From Promethearchaeota archaeon (GTDB taxonomy: Archaea > Asgardarchaeota > Lokiarchaeia > Sigyniarchaeales > SOKP01), in NCBI GenBank assembly GCA_019057795.1, contig JAHLWS010000082.1, forward strand, positions 32,001 to 96,000: DNA of 64,000 bases. The letters run 5' to 3'. Every line of letters starts with the position of its first letter. Position 1 is the first letter of the stretch. Position numbers and translations under genes: made by a program. Positions 1 through 9,012 of the stretch are shown piece after piece. The notes beneath the pieces are model-generated. The model saw only the letters and a list, made by a program, of their open reading frames with translations. It was not told the DNA's origin and did no database searches.

Positions 1-2478
1 TTTATCCCATATACCGAATTAATGAAGAAGTTAGGGATAGAACAAACAGGACAATTAAATTTTCATTTGAAAAAGCTTAATAATTTAGTGAGTAAAAACA
101 AAAAATCGTATTATTTAACTGATGATGGTAAAAGAGTTTTAAGGATATTAGGATTAAACAAAAGAATTTTATCCGGAGAGGAAATAGAATATTTGAAATC
201 AAAGGGGAGCGAAATAAACAGAATAGGTGTTATTATCTGTAATTGTAATACAGAAGTTTCAAATGTCCTTAACATTAACTCCTTAGAAAACTATGTAAGT
301 AAAATAAATAATGTAGTTTCAGTTAAAATCCTTGATAATTTATGTCAAGAAAAAAACCAAGATAAAATTAATAATTGGATTACTGATAACTTCATAAATA
401 AAATTGTCATCGCTGCTTGTTCTCCTAAAACACATCAACATATATTTGAACGTCTTTTTCAAAATATAATTGATAATGCAAATATTGAGATTGCAAATAT
501 AAGAGAACAATGTTGTTGGGTACATTATTCAAGTAAAAAGCACATTGATAGTCTTTTAACTCTGAAAAAAGCGCAATTACTTATAGAAGCCTCAGTTAAT
601 CGAGTAAGTCTTCAAAAACCAATTAAAATAAAAAGAGTTGAAGTTGAAAAAAGTTGCGCTATTGTTGGAGGTGGGATTGCGGGTATGAACACGGCGTTAA
701 ACTTATCAAGGGCAGGTATCAAGTGTTACCTAATTGAAAAGTCTCCTACATTAGGAGGTAAAGTAGCAAGATGGCAAAAGGTTTCTAAAATGGGAGATTG
801 CTCTGCTTGTTTCATCTCTGAATTAATTGGGGAAATTGTAAAAGAAAAAAAAATCGAGATCTTGACAAATACGGAAATAATAAGTGTATCGGGAGAAGTT
901 GGCAATTTTACTATAGGTTTAATTAAAAAACCTCGCTATATTGATGAGACTAAATGCACAGGTTGTAAACAATGTATTGATGTATGTGCTCGAGAGAAAG
1001 TTAATATGTATGAATTTGGATTAACAAATAGAAAAATAATTCACTTTCCTTTTCAATACTGTTATCCTTATGTCCCCGTTATTGAAGATGAAGATATTAA
1101 TAACTGCCTTGAGTGTGGAGTATGTGAACGCGCTTGTGCAAATAAAGCAATAAATTTAAGAGAAAAACCTAAGGAATTAAGAATTAAAGTAGGCGCAAAA
1201 GTTATAGCTATTGGTTCAGATCTTTATTCAAATTTAAAAGAATATAATTATAATCCACGAAATAATGTTATAACTTCAGCAGAATTTGAACGAATCTTAT
1301 CTTCAGATGGCCTAACTGATGGAAAGATCGTAAAATTGTCTGATGGGAAACCAGTAAAAACAATATCAATTATTCAAGAAGTAGGACCTTCAAATTATCT
1401 ATGTGAATATTCGGATATTTTAACCCTAAAGTATATAGATGTTATTAAAGTAAAGAATCTTGATTGTGAAGTTAATGTTTTTTACGATTTAAGTAAACTA
1501 AAAGAAAAAGACGAGATAATACTAAAATCTACTCATCCTAGATTTCTTTACGCTAATAATGTATTAATTGAGACAAGAGAGAATATTAATTATGTAGTTG
1601 CGGATTCTATTGAGTTTCAGAGTGATTTGATTGTTTTAAATCTTAAATTAATTCCAAATGAGGATCTGAAATCTCTAAGAAAGATTATGGACTTCACTTT
1701 AAATGATTATGGTTTTATGAGTGAAGAAACTTTAGCTTCTGGTATTTATGGTGTTGGAACAATATTTGGGCCATTAAATTATCACTCTACTATTGCAACC
1801 ACAAATAACATAGCGTTAAAAGTAATATCACTTCTTTCAAATGATTATTTAATAACAGAATATACTGGAATAGAGATTAATGAAGACAAGTGTGGATTGT
1901 GTAGCCTCTGCGTTAATTCTTGCCCTTACAATGCAATAAGCATAAACTCCGAAAAAATTGCTGTTGATAAGTTTAAATGTAAAGCTTGTGGTATGTGTGT
2001 CAGTGTTTGTCCTACTAATGCCATCGAAATGAATATAAATACATCAGAAAAGATTTTAAAAACGATCGAAATTTTCTCAAAATTCAATAAAAAACCAAAA
2101 ATCATCGCTTTTTGTTGCCAATCGTGCGGTTACGCTGCCGCTGACGATGCAGGATTAAAGAAATTGTTATATCAGCCTAATGTTTTTATAATCTCTGTTC
2201 CTTGTACCGGGCGTGTTGATACTGAATTCATTATTAAATCTTTTGAAATGGGGTTTGATGGAGTTATGATTATCGGCTGTAGAAAGGATTCTTGTAGATA
2301 TATTGATGGGATTGAAAAATTAAAAAAAAGAGTTGGGCTTTTAAAAAAAATTCTAGGACCAAAGTTAAGCAGACGGATAATAGTGATGGGTTTAAACGGA
2401 GTTGAAGGACATATATTTGCTGAAATCTCTACTAAATTCTATAATTTATTAAAGGAGGAGATTAAAAGTGAGGCTTAA
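1..2478 (+). CDS. Winged-helix (ArsR-like) domain fused to degenerate heterodisulfide reductase subunit A (HdrA) and C-terminal MvhD [2Fe-2S] domain; probably 5'-partial
   Basis: Frame is open from base 1 (FIPYTEL then MKKLGIEQTGQLNFHLKKL..LV.K...YYLTDDG, a wHTH pattern). HdrA motifs: IGVIICNC, ACSPKTH, NIREQCCWVH, GGGIAG, DCSAC, two ferredoxin CxxCxxCxxxC pairs. MvhD motifs: FCCQSCGY, PCTGRVD, GCRKDSCRY. Confidence 0.88.
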   Translation, partial: FIPYTELMKKLGIEQTGQLNFHLKKLNNLVSKNKKSYYLTDDGKRVLRILGLNKRILSGEEIEYLKSKGSEINRIGVIICNCNTEVSNVLNINSLENYVSKINNVVSVKILDNLCQEKNQDKINNWITDNFINKIVIAACSPKTHQHIFERLFQNIIDNANIEIANIREQCCWVHYSSKKHIDSLLTLKKAQLLIEASVNRVSLQKPIKIKRVEVEKSCAIVGGGIAGMNTALNLSRAGIKCYLIEKSPTLGGKVARWQKVSKMGDCSACFISELIGEIVKEKKIEILTNTEIISVSGEVGNFTIGLIKKPRYIDETKCTGCKQCIDVCAREKVNMYEFGLTNRKIIHFPFQYCYPYVPVIEDEDINNCLECGVCERACANKAINLREKPKELRIKVGAKVIAIGSDLYSNLKEYNYNPRNNVITSAEFERILSSDGLTDGKIVKLSDGKPVKTISIIQEVGPSNYLCEYSDILTLKYIDVIKVKNLDCEVNVFYDLSKLKEKDEIILKSTHPRFLYANNVLIETRENINYVVADSIEFQSDLIVLNLKLIPNEDLKSLRKIMDFTLNDYGFMSEETLASGIYGVGTIFGPLNYHSTIATTNNIALKVISLLSNDYLITEYTGIEINEDKCGLCSLCVNSCPYNAISINSEKIAVDKFKCKACGMCVSVCPTNAIEMNINTSEKILKTIEIFSKFNKKPKIIAFCCQSCGYAAADDAGLKKLLYQPNVFIISVPCTGRVDTEFIIKSFEMGFDGVMIIGCRKDSCRYIDGIEKLKKRVGLLKKILGPKLSRRIIVMGLNGVEGHIFAEISTKFYNLLKEEIKSEA

Positions 2479-3232
2479 ATTTTTAATTACATCTTTAACA
2501 TCTTGTACTGGATGTATATCCACATTAATATCGTTAGATGTATTTCCACAATTTCTTGAGAGAACGAAAATCGAATATTTTCCATTTATATCTGACAATT
2601 TAGAGATCAAAGAATGCGATGTAGCGCTAGTAGAGGGGTGCGTATCTGAAAAGAATCAAATCGAATATCTTCAAGAAATACGAAAAAATGCAAAAAAACT
2701 ATATGCATTAGGTACATGCTCAGCATTTGGGGGGATTCTTAGCCTCTCAAATAAAAAAGGATCGTATCCCATTTCCAAGTTTGTAGATGTTGATGGTATT
2801 ATACCGGGATGTCCTCCTCCGTCCATACTTTTAGGAAATTGTTTATTGAGGTTAGTTGAGAATAAAAAAATCAAGCTAAGCTTAAAAAATATGTGTTCTA
2901 CTTGTCCTTTAAACAACCAGGCAAAATTAGATTTACCATTAACAATAGAAAAGATTGTTCCAAGGAACAATGAAATTCGCTTTCCGGAAGAAAATTTATC
3001 GTGTTTTTTGAACGATGGGATTTTATGTTTAGGTCCTATTACTCGAGATGGCTGCGACCATCTCTGTATAAATCAAGGATTACCATGTGAAGGATGTTTA
3101 GGTCCGGTTTCAAAGGGGTTTACATCGAATTTAATCAATTTCTTAAGCCTTTTTAACCTTTCTAAAGATTTAAGAAAATATAAAGGGATATATTATAGGT
3201 TCTCAAAATCACCTATGGGAGGGAAGGTTTGA
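2468..3232 (+). CDS. mvhG: [NiFe]-hydrogenase group 3 small subunit (MvhG-like)
   Basis: CTGC, VEGCV, GTCSAFGG, PGCPP, CSTCP and CLGPITRDGC..LC...PCEGC Fe-S motifs; overlaps the upstream stop; GGAGGAG upstream. Confidence 0.88.
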   Translation: MRLKFLITSLTSCTGCISTLISLDVFPQFLERTKIEYFPFISDNLEIKECDVALVEGCVSEKNQIEYLQEIRKNAKKLYALGTCSAFGGILSLSNKKGSYPISKFVDVDGIIPGCPPPSILLGNCLLRLVENKKIKLSLKNMCSTCPLNNQAKLDLPLTIEKIVPRNNEIRFPEENLSCFLNDGILCLGPITRDGCDHLCINQGLPCEGCLGPVSKGFTSNLINFLSLFNLSKDLRKYKGIYYRFSKSPMGGKV

Positions 3233-4533
3233 TGGATAAAGTTGTAGAAGCATGCACAAGGGTTGAAGGTTGTGGAAACTTAAACATTTATTTAAAAAAT
3301 GATGAAATTTATCAAACTGAATTAAACTTTTCAGTATTTAGAGGATTTGAAAATATTTTAGTAGGCAAAAAGTTATTAGATCTTCCAAAAATAGCATCTA
3401 GAATTTGTGGACTGTGCTACGCATCTCAAACAATTGCAAGTTGCAAAGCAATAGAAGATATATACGGAATAGAACCATCACACCAATCAATTTTGCTCAG
3501 AAGGCTTTTATTATCCGGAGAATTAACAAAATCGCACATTATGCATTATTTTTTCCAATCCTTTCCAGATTTATTAAAAATATTTAAAATTAATACTACA
3601 ATTAACGATCCTTATAATTTAATTAATTACAATCCTCATTTAACGACAAATATTTTTAATTTAATAAAAATTGGTTCAGAAATAAATAAATTAATAGGAG
3701 GAAGGGTGCTACATCCAATTACTCCGATTCCTGGAGGATTAATATTCAATCCCACTCGAAAGAGTTTAATTTTTATGGAGAAATATCTAAAAAAGGGAAT
3801 TTACTACATAGAAACTATAATTGAAAATTTTATAGATTTATTTTCTGCTTATGATCCTCCTACAGAATTTAATCTTTCTAATCCTATATATTTCAGCTTG
3901 AAAAACAATACGGGGTTTGATAGATATGAAGGAGACCTCAGAATTGAACAAAATGAAACAACTTACGACGATTTTCAAGCAAAAAATTATTCAAAATATT
4001 TTGATAAAGACCCTAATCTTTATGGGATTATGTTTAAGTCAAATTCGAAAAATGAAATTTTAACAGGACCAATAGCGCGCTATAAGTTAACTCAAAGTTA
4101 TGGGATAGATAAAATATCCGAATATTTAAGCAATTTTGGAAAAAAATGGAAAAGCAATTTATTATTTTTAAACTTTTTACAATTAATCGAAAGTTATTAT
4201 GAAATTCAAAAATGTGTTGAAATATTCAATACTACTTCACTAAAAAGTAGAACAAAACTTAAACAACTGAACTCAATAAAAAAATCAAATGGAATAGGGG
4301 TTATCGAAGCACCAAGAGGCATACTAATGCATCATTATCATTTAAATAAAGCTAAAATCGTTGATCAAGTAAAACTTTTCATTGCAACCGAAATAAATTT
4401 GCCTATTCTTAACAAAATGATCACTGAATATGCTAAAAAGCTATATGAAAAAGAAGATATCGATTCTGTTAAAGAAAAAATTCAAATAATGATAAGAGCA
4501 TTTGATCCTTGCATATCGTGCGCTTCTCATTAA
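3232..4533 (+). CDS. mvhA: [NiFe]-hydrogenase group 3 large subunit (MvhA-like), no C-terminal extension
   Basis: TRVEG, RGFE, L1 RICGLC, GGRVLHP, GPIAR, EAPRG, L2 FDPCISCASH-stop; TGATG stop/start overlap at 3230-3234. Confidence 0.9.
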   Translation: MDKVVEACTRVEGCGNLNIYLKNDEIYQTELNFSVFRGFENILVGKKLLDLPKIASRICGLCYASQTIASCKAIEDIYGIEPSHQSILLRRLLLSGELTKSHIMHYFFQSFPDLLKIFKINTTINDPYNLINYNPHLTTNIFNLIKIGSEINKLIGGRVLHPITPIPGGLIFNPTRKSLIFMEKYLKKGIYYIETIIENFIDLFSAYDPPTEFNLSNPIYFSLKNNTGFDRYEGDLRIEQNETTYDDFQAKNYSKYFDKDPNLYGIMFKSNSKNEILTGPIARYKLTQSYGIDKISEYLSNFGKKWKSNLLFLNFLQLIESYYEIQKCVEIFNTTSLKSRTKLKQLNSIKKSNGIGVIEAPRGILMHHYHLNKAKIVDQVKLFIATEINLPILNKMITEYAKKLYEKEDIDSVKEKIQIMIRAFDPCISCASH

Positions 4534-4591
4534 CATTAAAAATCATAATAATTAAATGTAATTAATTTAATGAAGAAGAGGATGATTTAAA

Positions 4592-5632
4592 TTGAAAGAA
4601 AATCTCTTAAATAACGCCAATAAAGAATGTCCATTTAGCGAATTGTGTGAGACTCTTTTGTTTTATTTTGATGAGACTATAGGCCATGTCCCACTTCTTA
4701 TTTGTCCAGAAAATGCGCTAGATGATGATTCGGGAAAAATGCGTCTTATAAGATACCATCCAATTTGGTTTTTAGAACTTAAAGATAAAACTACAATTAA
4801 CCGAATCGATTTAGAATACGGTAATCAAATGTATTTTGCGAAGAAATTTATTATTGAATCTAAGAGGGTTAAAAGAAGAGCAGGGTCTTTTCAAAAATCG
4901 GGTGAAATAGTTGTGTTGATACTTGTGTTACCTACAGATTTAGATATTTTTGGGGGAGAAGTATTAAATTTATTAACGAAAAAATTAGTCGACAAATTTG
5001 AAAATACGCTTTATCTTGTAATCGAGTCAGAAATTGCGAAACTGGAAGTTATTAAAACGGAGAAAATAATCAATAAGATAAAAAAAGGAGAACAAATAAA
5101 AGAAGAAATAAAAGCTATAGTTAACCTTACTTGTGAGGAATATTTTTCATCAGTAATTAAACAAACTGATGCGACCTCTTTCAAATTGCAAAAAGCAATT
5201 TCTTATTTAACATTTAAAGGAATCGATATTGACCACATTGTTATAAATGCTCAAAATGAATCGTTTTCTAAAATTCGATTATTTGATTATGATAGAGTTG
5301 TTCAACAAAAATTAGGAATAAAAGCTCAATTTAAAATAATGAATATAAATATTAGTAACAATTTTCAGGAAATAGAAGTTTTAGTAAAGAATAAGAGTAA
5401 AAAGGAATTCAATGATCTCATTGTCCGAATTACTTACATTAAAGAATTTTTTGAAAAAGAGGTATTAAACGAAAAAGTTGAAAAATGCCTTCCCGAAGAA
5501 GAATTATTGTTTATAACGCCTGTAATTAAAAATACAAACAATTATTTGTTTTCCATTATTGAAGAACATTCTAATAGAACAATGTTTTCTAATAAAATTG
5601 ATTTAGAATTAATTAAAAGTCGTCCCTACTAA
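4592..5632 (+). CDS. Hypothetical protein with putative N-terminal uDENN/longin-like domain
   Basis: 346-aa ORF; LLFYFDETIGHVPLLICPE resembles the first strands of uDENN domains (F-D/H-x3-G-x6-P). Confidence 0.5.
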   Translation: MKENLLNNANKECPFSELCETLLFYFDETIGHVPLLICPENALDDDSGKMRLIRYHPIWFLELKDKTTINRIDLEYGNQMYFAKKFIIESKRVKRRAGSFQKSGEIVVLILVLPTDLDIFGGEVLNLLTKKLVDKFENTLYLVIESEIAKLEVIKTEKIINKIKKGEQIKEEIKAIVNLTCEEYFSSVIKQTDATSFKLQKAISYLTFKGIDIDHIVINAQNESFSKIRLFDYDRVVQQKLGIKAQFKIMNINISNNFQEIEVLVKNKSKKEFNDLIVRITYIKEFFEKEVLNEKVEKCLPEEELLFITPVIKNTNNYLFSIIEEHSNRTMFSNKIDLELIKSRPY

Positions 5633-6566
5633 GGTATTTTTTCAAATTTTGGAAATCTTCGCCGTTTAAGTCGTTCATCACCGCATTAAAAATTCCCAGA
5701 GTTTTCTCTTTTGTAACAACCATCAGTACCGATCCATTGCTAACTTCCTTTACAAAAATATAGTTGTGTTCGCTCTCATATATAACCGTTGATAATTCTA
5801 AAGGAGAAATCGAAGTATTTGAAAGTTCCATGATCTTTGAAAAAATTTGATAAATATTAGAATCAAGGCTTCCGATTTCAAAACGGAGGAATTGAAGAGG
5901 TCTGTGCTCGAATTTACCTAAAGTTGAAGCTATCAATAAACCATCGGGTTGATTGAATAAGAAGTAATCAGAAAGCGTAGTTAACTTCAGCTGATCTAAC
6001 ATATACCGTATTTTTCCGAGTCTTTGTAAAGCTATTGTGTTTTGTTGAATTTTATAATCGAGTATTTCGATCATTCGATGTTGAGCACTTCCTTCTTTTA
6101 CGGATACGGGTGTAAAAGAAATATTACTTTTTAAATCATCTGTAAGATCTTTAATTAACAGTTCATAAATGTCATCTTCCTTTGATTCTTGAAGATCAGT
6201 TTTATTTAATAAGACATATACTTTTCCTACTTCAGGACTAAACTCAAAAAGGTATTTCAAGAATTTACCAAAAGTTTCTTTTAGTTTTGGTTCTTTTGCT
6301 GCCGAATCAACCATGAAAATTGCAGCTAATACTTCAGAAAATACAAGCTCTCGCTTTTTTTCCGAGAAATATCTTTCCATATAAAGTTCTTGGCCTCCTA
6401 AATCCCAGATGGAAAGTTCCATTATTCCCCTAAATATAAAATTTTCCCTTGAGACTCCTTTTGTAGGTTTCAGATTAAGCACTTTCATGAAATTATAACC
6501 TAAACAAGTAGTCCTCATTAATGACGTTTTACCCGCACCACCAGGGCCAAATAGAAGTACTTTTAT
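5613..6566 (-). CDS. Rag/Gtr1-like small GTPase with C-terminal roadblock-like domain
   Basis: The P-loop KVLLFGPGGAGKTS lies in frame upstream of the ORF-track start (6518), so the start must be upstream of it; most likely ATA at 6566. PT (G2), WDLGGQ (G3), NKTD (G4), SVK (G5). YMERYF..RELVFSEV closely matches RagA FMENYF..RDNIFRNV. Confidence 0.85.
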   Translation of the reverse strand: MKVLLFGPGGAGKTSLMRTTCLGYNFMKVLNLKPTKGVSRENFIFRGIMELSIWDLGGQELYMERYFSEKKRELVFSEVLAAIFMVDSAAKEPKLKETFGKFLKYLFEFSPEVGKVYVLLNKTDLQESKEDDIYELLIKDLTDDLKSNISFTPVSVKEGSAQHRMIEILDYKIQQNTIALQRLGKIRYMLDQLKLTTLSDYFLFNQPDGLLIASTLGKFEHRPLQFLRFEIGSLDSNIYQIFSKIMELSNTSISPLELSTVIYESEHNYIFVKEVSNGSVLMVVTKEKTLGIFNAVMNDLNGEDFQNLKKYLSRDDF

Positions 6567-6796
6567 TTTATTTCACCGTTAAACTTTTATTGTTTAAAAT
6601 AAAGCGATAATTGATTTAATATTAAATATACTTTAATCGTCTAATATATTTTTTATAAATTAACATTTATTTAATTTTTTCTAATTATTATACGATTTAT
6701 TAGATTTTAATTGCATGGATGATTCAATTAAATATAATTTTTAATTAACATAATTAATTTGTTAGATATATTTATAAAAAATATTGGAGAAATGAA

Positions 6797-7324
6797 ATGG
6801 ATTTACTGAAAGAAATTAGGAATGTACCTGATTGGCCAAAACCAGGTATTCAATTTAAAGATATAACTACTTTAGCGAAAAATCCAGCAGCTTTCAAAGA
6901 ATCATGCGACCTTATAATTAAAAAATATAAGAAAAAAAATATTGATGAAGTTGCTGCAATTGAGGCTAGAGGTTATGTTTGGGGTGGAGTTATAGCTTAT
7001 CAACTAGGAACAGGGTTTATATTAATTCGAAAACCAGGTAAATTACCTGCAGACACAATTATTGAAGAATACGAATTAGAATATGGAACAGACAAGATTG
7101 AGATGCATGTTGATGCTATAAAGAAAGGTGAAAGAGTATTATTATTTGACGACTTATTAGCCACTGGAGGGACTGCAAAAGCAGCCTGTAATCTGATTGA
7201 AAAGGCAGGTGGGGTTGTTGCTGGAATAGCATTTGTGATAGAGCTTACAGGTAGTTTACATGGTCGTGATAAATTAGAAGGATATGACGTCCTTAGCCTT
7301 CTCGAAATACCGGTTGAAGAGTAA
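6797..7324 (+). CDS. apt: Adenine phosphoribosyltransferase
   Basis: PDWPKPGIQFKDIT, EARG, RKPGKLP, LEYG, DDLLATGGT. Confidence 0.96.
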   Translation: MDLLKEIRNVPDWPKPGIQFKDITTLAKNPAAFKESCDLIIKKYKKKNIDEVAAIEARGYVWGGVIAYQLGTGFILIRKPGKLPADTIIEEYELEYGTDKIEMHVDAIKKGERVLLFDDLLATGGTAKAACNLIEKAGGVVAGIAFVIELTGSLHGRDKLEGYDVLSLLEIPVEE

Positions 7325-7449
7325 CCGAAATTTTTTATTTACATGTCTACCCATTTTTTTCCCTTAATTCTCTCTTTTTTTTAGTCTGAAAACTTAAATA
7401 ATTCTCTGTACTTTATACTCACAGTATTAAAATAAACACATTACAAGGT

Positions 7450-8544
7450 GTGGATGTGATTCAAGAACTGAAAAAAACTCCATTTTATAATATTCACGTG
7501 AATTTAGGAGCAAGGATGGTTGACTTTGCTGGTTTTAGTATGCCAGTGCAGTACGAAAGCATTATAAAAGAACACGAAGCGGTACGCAATAAAGCGGGTG
7601 TGTTTGACGTGTCACATATGGGGGAATTCCTGTTAGAAGGGAAAGATGTAATATCACTTCTTCAATATGTTATGATTAACGATTTAAAGCTACTAGAACC
7701 CACAAAAGGACAATATTCATGTATGTGTTACGAAAATGGGACTGTTGTTGACGATCTTGTTTATTACGAGGAAGAACCTGAGCGATTTAGAATGATCGTT
7801 AACGCTAGCAATATCGAAAAAGATTTTCAATGGTTAAACGAGCATATTGGAAGTAAAGATGTTAAAATTACTAATTTATCCTTAAAGCGATGTCGTTTAG
7901 CGTTTCAAGGTCCAAAATCTGACGAATATCTCCAACCGTTAGTGGATGTTGATTTATCTTCGATAAACAGGTTTTATTTTGCTCACACTACGTTAAACGG
8001 GGCTCCAATATTTATAGCTAGAACTGGGTATACAGGTGAGCGAGGGTTTGAAATTTCATTTGATAATAAATATGCTGAGAAAATATGGAATGATTTAATT
8101 AAAACTGGAGCCTCACCAGCAGGTTTAGGAGCGCGAGATTCGTTGAGATTAGAAGCAACATACTCATTATATGGACACGAAATTAGCGATTCAATTACGC
8201 CTATTGAAGCTGGACTTTTTTGGCTCGTCAAACCTAAAGAGGGTATCGATTATATTGGAAAAGAAATTTTATTAAAACAAAAATCCGAAGGAACAGATCG
8301 AATTATTGTTGGGTTGAATCTGCTGGATAGAGGTATTATTAGAGAGCATTATAAACTTTTTATTAAAGGCGAGGAAATTGGATATGTAACATCAGGTGGA
8401 TATTCACCTACCCTCAAAAAAACAATAGGCTTAGGCCTAATTAAAAATCAATATCGTGAGGAAGGAAATAAGCTTGAAATTGAAATTCGCAATAGACTCT
8501 TAAAAGGAGAAATAGTTTCTACACCGTTTTATCGTAATGTTTGA
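7450..8544 (+). CDS. gcvT: Glycine cleavage system aminomethyltransferase T
   Basis: [41 protein letters not shown]. Confidence 0.96.
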   Translation: MDVIQELKKTPFYNIHVNLGARMVDFAGFSMPVQYESIIKEHEAVRNKAGVFDVSHMGEFLLEGKDVISLLQYVMINDLKLLEPTKGQYSCMCYENGTVVDDLVYYEEEPERFRMIVNASNIEKDFQWLNEHIGSKDVKITNLSLKRCRLAFQGPKSDEYLQPLVDVDLSSINRFYFAHTTLNGAPIFIARTGYTGERGFEISFDNKYAEKIWNDLIKTGASPAGLGARDSLRLEATYSLYGHEISDSITPIEAGLFWLVKPKEGIDYIGKEILLKQKSEGTDRIIVGLNLLDRGIIREHYKLFIKGEEIGYVTSGGYSPTLKKTIGLGLIKNQYREEGNKLEIEIRNRLLKGEIVSTPFYRNV

Positions 8545-8579
8545 GTGAAGTAAATATAATAATTTAAATGTGAAAAATT

Positions 8580-8975
8580 ATGGAATACGAATTTCCAGAT
8601 GATTTAAAATATATGAAGACACATGAATGGGTGCGAATTGAAGGCGATACGGCTACAATAGGTATTACCGATTATGCTCAACATCAATTAGGTGATATAG
8701 TTTATGTTGAATTACCCGAAATAGGAAGAACGCTAGAAAAAAATAGTAGTGCCGGTGAAATTGAATCCGTTAAGGCAGTTGGAGAAATTCTGATGCCATT
8801 ATCCGGAGAAATCGTTGAGATTAACGCTATTATAATAGAAAACCCCGAATCAATTAATTCTTCTCCTTATGGGGATGGTTGGATGATGAAGATAAAGGTT
8901 TCAAATAGTAGCGAAATTAACGAACTTTTATCCGTTGAAGATTATAAAAAAATAGTAGAAGAAGAGAAAAAATAA
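8580..8975 (+). CDS. gcvH: Glycine cleavage system protein H
   Basis: HEWV, GITDYAQ..LGDIVYVELP, lipoyl motif IESVKA. Confidence 0.96.
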   Translation: MEYEFPDDLKYMKTHEWVRIEGDTATIGITDYAQHQLGDIVYVELPEIGRTLEKNSSAGEIESVKAVGEILMPLSGEIVEINAIIIENPESINSSPYGDGWMMKIKVSNSSEINELLSVEDYKKIVEEEKK

Positions 8976-9012
8976 ACTTTTTTTCCAATTTTTAATTTTA
9001 TTTCTTAATTTC

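Noticed and set aside
1-4533. Selenocysteine recoding in HdrA/MvhD/MvhA (known Sec families in Lokiarchaeia)
   Set aside because: No in-frame TGA within the three ORFs; the relevant positions are Cys codons and the hydrogenase ends at TAA
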